Positions 30,135-40,248 of a stretch of DNA of 64,000 nt are shown in pieces. The stretch is taken from positions 1 to 64,000 of the forward strand of contig CAXXXF010000007.1 of the NCBI GenBank assembly GCA_963667175.2, in the 5' to 3' direction. The DNA is from Candidatus Latescibacterota bacterium. GTDB lineage: Bacteria; Latescibacterota; UBA2968; GCA-2709665. The number at the start of each line of letters is the position of its first letter. Positions within the stretch are counted from its first letter, which is position 1. Both the position numbers and the translations under genes were made by a program. Under the pieces are notes generated by a model, which worked only from the letters and a program-made list of their open reading frames with translations, was not told the DNA's origin and did no database searches.

Positions 30135-30409
30135 CGGTCTTGACTTCCCCCTTTGAGATGCAACCCTGATCGTAGACGTCACCGGCCGGCGCTCACGTCG
30201 CGCCACGCATTTACAGGCGTCTCAACTCACTGATCAGCGGATGCGAATTTTCCTGTGGTTCTTGTTGGTCTGTACTTCCGCAACTGAGTATATCGAAGTA
30301 AGGGCCGGAAGTTTGGAAAAAAGGTCCATTCACCGGGTTTGTCGAGGTTGACTATTCATTATCTTTTGCATATTTTTTCCCATGAAAGACCATTGTTAGT
30401 GATGATAAA

Positions 30410-30655
30410 ATGGGGAACGTCATGAAATGGTTAAGGGAAAATGCCGGTGTTCTTTCTGTACTTATTCTTGCCGCTGGTTTTATTTATACGCTTAACAGCA
30501 ACCTGGATCATCGGCTGACTCGACGGATTGAGCGGGTGGAAGACCAGTTGATTCAACTCAACAAAGACGTCGCATGGATCAAAGGTCGATTGGAAAAAGG
30601 TAAGATTACCATTGTCAACAGTGAAGATGAATCAGTCGTGGTAAATAATCATTGA
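30410..30655 (+). CDS. small membrane-anchored coiled-coil protein
   Basis: One TM helix plus heptads; AT-rich; TTGACT-17-TATTTT upstream (30348-30376). Confidence 0.55.
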   Translation: MGNVMKWLRENAGVLSVLILAAGFIYTLNSNLDHRLTRRIERVEDQLIQLNKDVAWIKGRLEKGKITIVNSEDESVVVNNH

Positions 30656-30789
30656 CGATTGGATTATTATGATTGGATAAACCAGTTCAGGTTTTTATCA
30701 AACGTCCCTAAAAGACTCGATCTTTTAGGGACGTTTTTCTTTCATGGATGAACGAAGATTTCGTACAAAAAACGCACGCATCACGGCCA

Positions 30790-31104
30790 TCATTGGCCGG
30801 ACTCCAACCTGGCCGCACGTTCCACGCGTTCTCCATTTCCGAGACGGAGACTCGGCCCTGGAGTTCGGTTCATCGGCGTACCGAACCCATCTCCCAGCGT
30901 GTCTTCCACCCATTCTATCGCTCCGGTTTCCCGTCTTTCATCCCACGCCATGTCGACGTACGCCTGTTCCAGGTCCGGTTGAAGCACATGGGGGCGGACC
31001 AGCGTTTCCACGAAGCGGCTGATGCGCCGCCGCCCGATCGTCCGATGGAGGCCTTCATACACTTCTTCATCGATGGTTATGGTCAGCTTCCTGCGCATGC
31101 GCAA
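30790..31104 (-). CDS. addiction-module antitoxin-like (RHH) protein
   Basis: RKLTITIDEEVYEGL...IGRRRISRFVE...LEQAYxxMA pattern. Confidence 0.65.
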   Translation of the reverse strand: MRMRRKLTITIDEEVYEGLHRTIGRRRISRFVETLVRPHVLQPDLEQAYVDMAWDERRETGAIEWVEDTLGDGFGTPMNRTPGPSLRLGNGERVERAARLESGQ

Positions 31105-31247
31105 TTCTCCGATTCAGACGAAACGAACGCAAATACACGTGTATTATACGTATAACGGAGTACGGCGGCAAAGTCAAGGCCGGACTCGTCACCTCTTATT
31201 GTCCGGAGCACTTCGACGTTGCACAGACGCAAATCTCGGCCCCCGCG

Positions 31248-31625
31248 TTATTTCGTCTCGACAAAGGCGAGAATATGCCCGTCCGGGTCGGACACGTAGA
31301 ATTCACGGCCGTAGGGCATCTCCCGCAGGGGCTGCGATACCGGGACGGAACGGCTTTGCGCCTCGTTGTACGCCGCGTCGATATCCTCCACCGTAAACGT
31401 GACGTCCAGATGCTCGTTCTCCCGGCGGAATTCCCTCTCGTTGCCTGGCGCATCGGCGAGTTTCAGGTGGATCGAGTGACCGTCCCGCACGATTCCCGCG
31501 TAGAAGTGCTCATACCGGAAGTCGAGGTCGAATCCGAGCTGCCCGGTATAGAAGCGGATCGACCGGTCCAGATCGGCCACGAGAAACTGCGGGCTCATGC
31601 CAGTCAGTTTTGCGGTGGATGTCAC
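31248..31625 (-). CDS. VOC/glyoxalase/bleomycin-resistance family protein
   Basis: VADLDRSIRFY, PYGREFYVSDPDGH. Confidence 0.85.
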   Translation of the reverse strand: MTSTAKLTGMSPQFLVADLDRSIRFYTGQLGFDLDFRYEHFYAGIVRDGHSIHLKLADAPGNEREFRRENEHLDVTFTVEDIDAAYNEAQSRSVPVSQPLREMPYGREFYVSDPDGHILAFVETK

Positions 31626-32002
31626 GCTGATTGGTTTCCTGTATTGATCGCGTGGGGCGCAAGCCTAAAGACGGGGGGAAGAAGACATGAGCAGAGAAGA
31701 AACACCGAAAAACGTAGCCCGTGCGGTGTTTTCAAACGACCCTTCAGTAGTAGAATCGGCCAATGGTGCGGAATCGAAGTGAACTTGGAAACGGTGGTTG
31801 TTGAGTCGTTTAAGCAGTCGGGTTTATTGGGGTTTCGCCATCGTTTTGACACTGCCGCAACGGCATATATACTCCTCTATAAAATCACCGCAAGATAGAA
31901 CAAGCCAAGCAATTGTGTGATAAAGGAATTTTCATGTGTTTTGTGTAACAGAAATGGGTAGCAGAGTGAAATGCTACCCAATATATCGCGTTAACCCCAA
32001 TT

Positions 32003-32074
32003 GGGGCGCTGGCTGGTGCCACAGTCGCCGGCCTGCACATCCTACGCTTGAAGGTTCGACTCCCTCCGGCTCCG
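32003..32074 (+). tRNA. degenerate tRNA-like sequence (possibly Cys-GCA relic)
   Basis: 72 nt; T arm gaagg-TTCGACT-ccctc; partial acceptor ggggc/gctcc; ctGCAca loop; D arm poor. Confidence 0.3.
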
Positions 32075-32134
32075 TCATGTGGGTTTAGTTTCTGGGTTGA
32101 AATATACCCCCTTCTCGGTGAGTTGTCATTTGGA

Positions 32135-32617
32135 CTATTTGAGCGAGTATACGAAGGTGGATGCTCCCACCGCACCCAAGAAGAATCCTAAATGCTCGCG
32201 TGGGTTGTTGCGAGCGTTGATCCACTGTATGGGCCTGTTATCTGGAGCAGGTCCATAAACGACCAGAAAGATGTCGTCCTCTCCTCTCTCATGGAGTATT
32301 TGCCCGCCGATTATAGCCCCTGCTCCAGCAAGGATCCCTACGGTTTTCCGAAACTTGGCCATAGCCTCCTTTACGGGTTTATCCTCGTTCCGCATTCTAT
32401 CAATGGACAGGGTGAGGATAGCGGCCCCCGCCAGCCCCATAAGATAACCTGTGTGTTCCCACTTGTCCTTGTCGTATGCAATTCTCGTGGGCTGCAGGAC
32501 CTCACCGTGCCAATTCACATGGCCACGTGGTAAGAGTTCCATGTCCATATCGTGAATGGCGAATCCACCCGCAAAAAGCCCGGTGCCGATTAGTATTCCA
32601 AGAATTTCAATCCGCAT
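32135..32617 (-). CDS. hypothetical membrane protein with two-fold internal repeat
   Basis: Two similar TM-loop-EHxG-TM units. Confidence 0.5.
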   Translation of the reverse strand: MRIEILGILIGTGLFAGGFAIHDMDMELLPRGHVNWHGEVLQPTRIAYDKDKWEHTGYLMGLAGAAILTLSIDRMRNEDKPVKEAMAKFRKTVGILAGAGAIIGGQILHERGEDDIFLVVYGPAPDNRPIQWINARNNPREHLGFFLGAVGASTFVYSLK

Positions 32618-33811
32618 TGTTATTAGCCTCGATTTGAAATTTCTCGGGGATGTTAAATCGAATATACGCAAGAGAACAAAGGCGATCTGACTTCGGTTTT
32701 CCAAGATACTTCAGGTCACTGGACGTGACCGGAATAAGTGTCCTTCCGGACGACCCTTACGCCCCGTTTCGGGAACTTCCTCCACAGTGTCGGTTTGTGC
32801 ATTTTTCGATTTAAGGCAAATGCCACAAGAGGCACAAAAACAGCTTTTCTGTTACCGGGCGGATCGCCGAAAGACATGGAAATACGTTCAGGGTCACGGC
32901 GATACGACACACGCCGTTTCGCACCGATACCCTCTGAGAATCTTGTGCATTTTATGGCCAATTCACCGGTTATCTTTTTCCGAATTGAGGCTAGCATCTA
33001 TTGACTTCTAAGACTGCGCATGCTTATCGTATGATGTCTCCCCTCAAGACGAAGGAGCCATCGACATGCCGAAGAAATACGTTGTCCTTCTGAGTCTCGA
33101 AGAACGGGAGCGGCTTCAAGATCTGGTAAGCAAAGGCAAGACACAAGCCTACCGCATCAGGCACGCACATGTGCTACTCAAGGCCGATGCAGACGGTCCG
33201 GGGCTGGCTGGATCGCCAGATCACGGAGGCCTTTTCGTGAAATCGGTCAACGGTTGAGGGCATCCGGAAGTGTTATGTGTTGGAGGGCCTGGATTCAGCC
33301 CTCGAGCGAAAGAAGCGCGCGCATCCTCCCACACCAAGAAAACTGGATGGCGCCAAGGAAGCCCGATTGATCGCGTTGGCTTGCAGTGAACCTCCAAAGG
33401 GAGGTAAGCGGTGGACGCTGAAGCTTTTAGCCGATGAGTTCGTGGCTTTATAGATCGTCGATAGCATCTCCTATCGAACGGTGCAACGGACGCATAAAAA
33501 AACAAACTTAAGCCTCACCTGAGAAGGTGGTGGGTGATTCCGCCCAAGCAGTACGCCGCGTTTGTCGCCGCGATGGAGGACATCCTGGATGTCTATCATT
33601 GGCCGTACGACGAAAAAAGCCCGTGGTCAATATGGACGAACACCCGGTGCAGTTGGTCAAGGAGACGCGTGTTCTCCTCACAACACGTCCGGGCCAACCT
33701 GAACGCTACGACTACGAGTATGAGCAGAACGGAATCGCTGTGAACTCTATGTTCATCGAAGCGCTTTTGGGCTGGCGCAAGGCGTGTGTAAGACAACGCA
33801 AGACCGCACTA

Positions 33812-34969
33812 GTACTTAATTGGCTAAATTAGAGTATTTTTCTTCAAGGGCTTTGGGTCGGACTTTTGTGGCTTTCCACTCGAAGGGATGTGCGTTCTCG
33901 TTGTAGGCGTCAATGAAGTGATTGATGGCGGTCCGCAAGTCTCGAATCGAGGTGAAGGAGCCGCCTTTGAGCGCGCTTCTCCACAGGATGCTGAACCAGA
34001 TTTCGATCTGGTTGAGCCAGGATGCGTGGGTAGGGGTGTAGTAGAAGTGGACATTGGGATGGCGTGGCAGCCAGCGGTCGTTCTTGGGCTTGTGGGTGTT
34101 CAGGTTGTCGAGGATGATGTGGAGTTCCTGACCGGGGTATTCGGCGACAAGTTCGTTCATAAAGCTTAAGAATTGGCGTCGTTTGCGCCTTTTGTAATGC
34201 CCGGCCTTGACGAGGCCGGTGGCGACGTTCAATGCAGCGAATAACGTGGTGGTGCCGTTTCTCTTGTATTCGTGGTTAAAGCCGGTCACGGCCTTGCCGT
34301 TGGGCAGCTTGAGCCATCCCTGTACCCTTTCCAACGCCTGGATCGCGGGCTTTTCGTCGACGCACAAGACAATCGCATTTTTGGGAGGTTCCAGATACAA
34401 CCCCACGATGGCTGCGGCCTTGGTGGCAAATTCGGGATCGGTGCTGATACACCAGCTGCGCCTTCTGGCCAGTGAGATGCCGTGGTTGCGCAATACTTGC
34501 CAGACATAGTGGACAGAAATCCCCAGCTTGTCGGCCAACAACGGACCGGTCCAGTTTCCATAGCCCTTGGGCGGGGCGTCGTCCAAGGCCTCCAAAATGC
34601 GCCTTTCGCTTGACTGGTCGTACTTGGCAGGCTTACCCGACCTCGCCTTGTCCTGCAACCCGGAAAGACCCGACTCGTGAAAGCGCCGGCGCCACTTGCA
34701 CACCGTGGCCTCGCGCGTTCCCAAGTCCTTGGCGATGTCCCGGTTCGCATCGCCCTGCGATGCTGAAAGAACAATCCGGGCGCGCAGCACATAACGGTGT
34801 TGCGTCTTGCCTGAACGGGTCCAACTCAACAGCGTCTCTTTTTCCTCGTCGCTCAACGTGATCAACACGGCGGGGCGGCTCATAGGCGGTCTCCTCTCCA
34901 CAGTTGAATTGAGATCGATTCCCTATGAGCACAAGATATATTAATTCGCTTTCTTTGTCAAGTAAGTAC
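33812..34969 (-). mobile_element. intact IS630-family element with TA target duplication
   Basis: TA-gtacttaattggctaa ... ttgtcaagtaagtac-TA inverted ends; TA at 33810-11 and 34970-71. Confidence 0.9.
33816..34883 (-). CDS. IS630 transposase
   Basis: HTH N-terminus; VDEK, LDNLNTH, SWLNQIEIWF DDE motifs. Confidence 0.93.
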   Translation of the reverse strand: MSRPAVLITLSDEEKETLLSWTRSGKTQHRYVLRARIVLSASQGDANRDIAKDLGTREATVCKWRRRFHESGLSGLQDKARSGKPAKYDQSSERRILEALDDAPPKGYGNWTGPLLADKLGISVHYVWQVLRNHGISLARRRSWCISTDPEFATKAAAIVGLYLEPPKNAIVLCVDEKPAIQALERVQGWLKLPNGKAVTGFNHEYKRNGTTTLFAALNVATGLVKAGHYKRRKRRQFLSFMNELVAEYPGQELHIILDNLNTHKPKNDRWLPRHPNVHFYYTPTHASWLNQIEIWFSILWRSALKGGSFTSIRDLRTAINHFIDAYNENAHPFEWKATKVRPKALEEKYSNLAN

Positions 34970-35371
34970 TAGGCTGGCCCAGGAGATCGAGGATCTCCTG
35001 AATACGGACTACCCAAAAGCTGAAACCGTCGTGTTGGCGTGTGATAACCTCAACACGCATACGCCCGCGGCACTCTACAAGGCGTTCTCACCCGAACAGG
35101 CGCGCCGTCTGGCCAGGCGTCTGGAAGTCCACTACACGCCCAAACACGGAAGCTGGCTCAACATCGCCGAGATCGAGCTGAGCGTCTTGAGCAACCAATG
35201 CTTGAAGGAACGCATCCCCGATATCGAATCCCTCAAGGAGCAGGTCTCCGCCTAAGCGAACGACCGAAACAACATAAGCCAGGCGCTCAATTGGCAGTTA
35301 ACGACCGAAAATGCTCGCATCAAACTGAAAAAACTGTATCCGGACTACGAGGCGCTTTAGCCGTCAATGGG

Positions 35372-35736
35372 TCCTCGATCGGGATGTTGATCCGTGAAAA
35401 TCGATCGGACCAGTTGGTTACGCTGCCGCGAACCGGGTGCGTATTGTCCAGCGCGTAGTCCCCCACCCGAAGATCGATGTCGAGCATGCGGTTTCGTCGC
35501 TCGTTGCTGTAGGACAGCGCGCCAAATGAAGCTCCGACACGGATCAGGTGGGTTTCCGTGATTTCATAACTCAGAAAATAGGGCGGGACCGGCTGCCGTT
35601 TGAGCAGGTCAAGGGAACGGGACATTTCCTCCCGCATGGCCTGCAGCAGCGGGGAGGCGGTCTCCGCCCCGATTCCGGCCGCTGTAAATGCGGTGCAGAA
35701 AAGCCAGAGGCAGAACATCCTGGGAATCGTCCTCAT
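35372..35736 (-). pseudogene. 5' fragment of exported TldD/PmbA-like protein truncated by the IS
   Basis: Signal peptide, LQAMREEMSRS, PYFLSYEI, ASFGAL, DLRVGDYALDN; ends at the IS boundary. Confidence 0.65.
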
Positions 35737-35918
35737 TGGCGCTCCTTTCTGTGATGGCCCTCGGATTTGCGCTGAGTGTCGCAAAATGCGACGGTTGGGA
35801 CAGGCTGCTACAACGTGCCCGTTATTTACCTGCTTCGAACGAACGGCGGACGCAGTAATTGACTCTTACATCCTATATTAGACGCGCTGACGAGGCAAAG
35901 GTTCCCGGTACCGTGGGA

Positions 35919-36180
35919 GGCCGCCAAACCGGTGATGTCTCCGCGCAATTGTGTTGACCGCGTTGTTGCGTGTCGGACAATCGAGAAAACGGGAGATTCT
36001 TCGCTCCGCTCAGAATGACATGTTTTGCAATAACCAACGGAAAATGTGGATGTTATACGTTTGCAAGTACTGTCATCCTGAGGAAGCCGACCCTAAAATG
36101 GCCGGGGGAACTCACGACTACGTGGAGACGATGACAAAGCCGATGCGAGGGTGGGGCAGACATTCCTGTCTGCCGATCTT
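35919..36180. repeat. REP-rich leader, copy A (internally deleted)
   Basis: Direct repeat of 37784-38237. Confidence 0.8.
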
Positions 36181-36222
36181 CCGGTTGAGCCGAGAGAATT
36201 CCGTCCGCATTGTCCCAACTGA

Positions 36223-37764
36223 CTACCTGGGCGTGATTGATGCAACAGACAGGCGATCCACGACCGCCTTGAGTTTCCGGTAGGCGTTGTCCGGATCGAA
36301 ACCCACCATCCGGTATCGAACGATCCCTTCTCTGTCCACAACCAGCGTTACCGGCAGGGATTTTGTCCCGGACCGTACCGCGAAGTTCTGTTCCTTGCTG
36401 TCCCAGACGGTCTCGAACGAGCCTTCGTACTTTCTCACGGCGTTCTTAACGACAGACGGGTATTCTTCTTTCGTGATGCCGGGAACGGACTCCAGAGGCG
36501 TGTGTATGGCGACCACTTTGACCCCACGACCGGAATTTTCTCGCGCAAGTCGGGCAATCACGGGCAACTCATACATGCAGGGCCCGCACCAGAACGCCCA
36601 GAAGTTCAGGACGCTCACGTTGCCTTTAATCTGATCGAGCGACAATGTACCCCCGTCCAATCGCGGCAGCTCAAATCCCGGTAGCGGCTTGCCCAGGAGG
36701 TCGTGTTTCTTCTCCGGCTCATCCCCGCGAACTGAAGCTTCGAGTTTTCGGCTGTATGCCTCATAGCCCACGTCGGACCCATGAGCGAGGTTGAAATTTC
36801 GCTGCAAGGCCATCCAGAGTTCAGGATCCCTTGGTTTGGCCCTGACGGCCTTCTCGTAGAACTCGATCGCGTCGCCGTGTCTGCCTTGCTGTTCGTAGAG
36901 CGAGGCGAGCCCCTGGTACGCCCAGACACGCCGGCCGAAATCGGAGAAGGTGCCGGAATCCGCCAGAGAATCGAGAATGTTGACGGCCTTGATATAAGCC
37001 TGCTCGGACGATTCGAATCTGCCCAGGAGTTGGAGGCTGTGGCCTCTGAGACAGTGGTATCGAAAAAGTGCCTCGTTCCGGTAGGGCTCCGGTACATCGG
37101 TGGCGTGACTGACTGCCCTGTCGGCGAAAAACAGCGCGGTTTGCGGGTATTTGCCTTCAGAAAATCCATCCAATCCGCTCAGAAAACGACCGATTTGGTC
37201 ATAGGTGCCTGAATGAGGAAGCAATGCAGCCGCGCTATCCGCGGCCGCGTGGACGTCGATGCTGTCGGATGCTGGAATCCTGGCCATCATCGAATAGAGA
37301 AAGGCCTTACCCCGACTCGCGTTGCTGGGATACCGATTCAGGAACTCATTCCACAGTTCGACGCCCACTTTTGGATTCAATGAGGTGACGGCAAAGCTTC
37401 GATTCCAGTGATCCCGTTCGTCCCTTGTCGATGTGACCGGCATGCCCGAAGCGCTGTGCAGGAAGCCGCGCCGGGTTACCTTTTTCCGATCTCGATCCAA
37501 AATCAGACTTACGGTATAACTTCCCGTCGGAAATCCGGATTTGTCCAGCACAGCCGCATGGTTGCCGGGCGCCTGATATCCGTATTGAGGCGCGGCGTGA
37601 ACGCCCACATGGATTACCTTCACCTGAACGTGCGATGATTCCGGCACGACATAATTGATGGTGATTGTACTGTCCGTGGACGCGCCGTGGATCGTCAGTG
37701 TCGCCTTCGCCGAAAGCGACCCAGGCAGGGACAACGCGAAGAGCGTGAGCCAAATGGATTTCAT
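36223..37764 (-). CDS. exported TPR + TlpA thioredoxin-like protein
   Basis: AAGGAGGT RBS, signal peptide, TPR helices, NFWAFWCGPC. Confidence 0.85.
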   Translation of the reverse strand: MKSIWLTLFALSLPGSLSAKATLTIHGASTDSTITINYVVPESSHVQVKVIHVGVHAAPQYGYQAPGNHAAVLDKSGFPTGSYTVSLILDRDRKKVTRRGFLHSASGMPVTSTRDERDHWNRSFAVTSLNPKVGVELWNEFLNRYPSNASRGKAFLYSMMARIPASDSIDVHAAADSAAALLPHSGTYDQIGRFLSGLDGFSEGKYPQTALFFADRAVSHATDVPEPYRNEALFRYHCLRGHSLQLLGRFESSEQAYIKAVNILDSLADSGTFSDFGRRVWAYQGLASLYEQQGRHGDAIEFYEKAVRAKPRDPELWMALQRNFNLAHGSDVGYEAYSRKLEASVRGDEPEKKHDLLGKPLPGFELPRLDGGTLSLDQIKGNVSVLNFWAFWCGPCMYELPVIARLARENSGRGVKVVAIHTPLESVPGITKEEYPSVVKNAVRKYEGSFETVWDSKEQNFAVRSGTKSLPVTLVVDREGIVRYRMVGFDPDNAYRKLKAVVDRLSVASITPR

Positions 37765-37783
37765 TTCGGACCTCCTTATGACT

Positions 37784-38237
37784 GGCCGCCGGGCCGACGA
37801 TTTCTCCGCGCAAATGTGTTTAGCGCGTTGTTGCGTTACCGACAATCGAGAATACGGGAGATTCTTCGCTGCGCTCAGAATGACATGTTTTGCAATAATC
37901 AACGGAAAATGTGGATGTTACACGTTTGCAAGTACTGTCATCCTGAGGAAGCGGTCCGGCCTGCCAGCGAATTATTGGCAGGCCGGGCTGACGAAGGATC
38001 TACTGCGGCATCGCTTGATGCTTAGCTACTGGCGCTCAATGCGACGCAACAGGCGGCACGTTTCGATAGGGGCCCTCTGACTTCGTTCAGAATGACGGGT
38101 CTGGCGATCGGCTCCGTTGCGAGAGGCCGGGCGCCCACAAGGGACGCCCCTACAATAACCGGAAGGATTCACGGAAAGGTGGAGACGATGACAATGCCGT
38201 TTTTAGGGTGGGGCAGACATTCCTGTCTGCCGGTCTT
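37784..38237. repeat. REP-rich leader, copy B
   Basis: Contains agattcttcgctgcgctcagaatgac, gtcatcctgag, gggcgcccacaagggacgcccctac and gtggggcagacattcctgtctgcc. Confidence 0.8.
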
Positions 38238-38325
38238 GACTCCACTCTGAATGACCTGGCGGCCGTTCATGCCATCGGGATCCGAACTATGATCCCCCAC
38301 TCCGCATTATATCTATTAATAATTT

Positions 38326-38354
38326 AATATATGGAATTGTCGTCGCCGGGTCAA
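38326..38354 (-). promoter_or_regulatory. sigma70-type promoter reading toward the repeat/TlpA unit
   Basis: Minus strand TTGACC-17 nt-TATATT in an AT-rich patch. Confidence 0.5.
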
Positions 38355-38428
38355 TTAAAAAATTAATATTTCATTCGGCGATTCGGCAGTCCGCCCCGCG
38401 GCGCCGGTTTTCACGCGGGCCTGCCCTT

Positions 38429-39172
38429 TTACTTTTCCGCCCTCACGACGGTTTTCCTGGCCGTGGCCGTGGTGGTATGATAATTCCAACCGCGCAGCAC
38501 CAGATTTTCACTGAACTGATGGATGTCTTCCTTCCGGTCCCTGCCGGAAAACATCCGCGCGATCACTACCTTCCTCGGCGTTTCAGAGCGGTTGGACCGC
38601 GAGCCATGAACAATGAAGTAGTCGAAAAACGTAACGTCACCCGGCCGTGCTTCAATCGCCGTCGACCCCTCAAACGGAAACTGTTCGTGGAACGCCGCAT
38701 TCGTCGCCGTAGAGCCTTCCACCCGGCCGTGTCTGTGGGAGCCGGGATAGACTCTGAGGCAGCCCATTTCTTCCGTGGCCTCGCTGACGTGGATCATACC
38801 GGCAATCATGGTGTTCATCCGGGTCGGCAGATAGCTCCAGTCCTGGTGCATGTGGAAGGGTGTTTTTCCGGTTGTCATCCGCTTCTCGAAAAGCGTGGAA
38901 TGGTTGAGGACGATGTCGGGACCGATGAGCCTTTCGACAACGTCGAGGAACTTTTCCTGAAGCAGGGCCGCCATCCAAAGACCGGAATACTGCTGCACGT
39001 TGCGGGTGCTGATGACGCCGTTGCCGTTTGAGGAGCCATTCTTGTCGTCTCTGCCGATTTGACGCACAATTCGATCGAATTCGTCTTCCAGCCGGCCCAC
39101 TTCATCGGGCGAAAAGACGCCTCTGGCAAGGTAGTAACCGTTTTCCTCGAAAAACGCGCGCATCTTGTCCAT
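38429..39172 (-). CDS. phytanoyl-CoA dioxygenase family protein
   Basis: HQDWSY, GCLRVYPGSH, PGDV, VHGS..N. Confidence 0.9.
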   Translation of the reverse strand: MDKMRAFFEENGYYLARGVFSPDEVGRLEDEFDRIVRQIGRDDKNGSSNGNGVISTRNVQQYSGLWMAALLQEKFLDVVERLIGPDIVLNHSTLFEKRMTTGKTPFHMHQDWSYLPTRMNTMIAGMIHVSEATEEMGCLRVYPGSHRHGRVEGSTATNAAFHEQFPFEGSTAIEARPGDVTFFDYFIVHGSRSNRSETPRKVVIARMFSGRDRKEDIHQFSENLVLRGWNYHTTTATARKTVVRAEK

Positions 39173-39185
39173 TTCCCTCTCCTTC

Positions 39186-40214
39186 TTACGCCAGGTCCAG
39201 AACCACTTCGTGACCGGTCCGTGCGGACGATTCGGTGGCTTCCAGGACCTTGAGTACGTTCAGTCCATGAACCTGGGGTATCGGTGTATCTTCGTCGCCT
39301 CGTTCGAGCGACCCGATAAAATCGGTGAACTCGTCCAGCAGGCTGTCGCGGTCCGGAACGGGTTCGCGCCGCCAGGTTCCGTCGCCCGTGTCGGCGATGA
39401 ACAACCCCGGCGGATCGCCCCCGCCGTACGGCAGTCGGAAACGCGCCATGCCATCCGTGAAAAACCAGTCGCCGCCGTACTCGGTTGCCCCGCGCTCCCA
39501 CGCGATGCGGCTGACCGTTGCCACCGCGCCGCTCTTCCACCGGATGAAGTACATGCCTGTGTCGTCGCAATCGATTTTCGGATGTTCCGATCTCGGACAG
39601 GTGAACTGCCCCTGCTGCGCCGAAACCGTCGCAACGTCGTTCCCGATGATCCAGAGCAGCCGGTCGATCTGGTGGGTGCCGTCCATCTGTCCCATGCCGC
39701 CGCCCCGGTCGCGGTCCAGCATCCACGCCGGCCGGTTGTATGGCACGTAAGGCTTGTGCCACATGTCGTACGCCATGATCAACGACCCCAGATCGCCGCG
39801 GTCCACGATTCCCTTCATCGCCTTCACGGCCGGGAAATAGCGCTGGGTATGGGCGGTCATGAGCTTGACGCCGTTCTCCCTCGCCGCCTCCAGCATCTCC
39901 TCGGCCTGCCACGCCCAGGCCGCGAGCGGTTTCTCCATGTAAACGTGTTTGCCGGCGGCAGCGGCGTCCATCGCCGCCTGGTGATGGAGCCAGTGCGGCA
40001 GGGTCCCGATGACGACGTCAACGTCGTCGCGTTCCAGGGTCTCCCGGTAGTCGGAAACGAAATCGACGTCGGGATGCCGGCTCCGCCAGCGCGCCGCGGA
40101 GTCTTCCCTCGGCTCCGCGACAACCCTGACATCCGCGCCGGGTGTTTTCTTCACCACGTCGATATAGCTGCCGCCGATGCGGCCGGTGCCCAGCACTGCG
40201 ACGCCAAGGGGCAT
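39186..40214 (-). CDS. Gfo/Idh/MocA oxidoreductase
   Basis: VLGTGRIG, AGKHVYMEKP, DGTHQID. Confidence 0.9.
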   Translation of the reverse strand: MPLGVAVLGTGRIGGSYIDVVKKTPGADVRVVAEPREDSAARWRSRHPDVDFVSDYRETLERDDVDVVIGTLPHWLHHQAAMDAAAAGKHVYMEKPLAAWAWQAEEMLEAARENGVKLMTAHTQRYFPAVKAMKGIVDRGDLGSLIMAYDMWHKPYVPYNRPAWMLDRDRGGGMGQMDGTHQIDRLLWIIGNDVATVSAQQGQFTCPRSEHPKIDCDDTGMYFIRWKSGAVATVSRIAWERGATEYGGDWFFTDGMARFRLPYGGGDPPGLFIADTGDGTWRREPVPDRDSLLDEFTDFIGSLERGDEDTPIPQVHGLNVLKVLEATESSARTGHEVVLDLA

Positions 40215-40248
40215 TGAGTACCAATCGTTTAAGGATTCCCGCGGATCC

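Larger units (their letters stand above)
32997..35371 (+). mobile_element. degraded IS630-family element, interrupted by a second IS630
   Basis: Fragments MPKKYVVLLS..., MDEHPVQL..RYDYEYE, CDNLNTH..HYTPKHGSWLNIAEIE with stops and frameshifts; imperfect ends ctattgacttctaa / ttagccgtcaatgg; boundaries approximate. Confidence 0.8.

Noticed and set aside
32716-33011. Overlapping short ORFs left of the IS
   Set aside because: No recognisable motifs; likely non-coding
35919-38237. Integron attC cassette array
   Set aside because: No integron integrase in the window and no clear RYYYAAC/GTTRRRY attC boxes; repeats are REP mosaics
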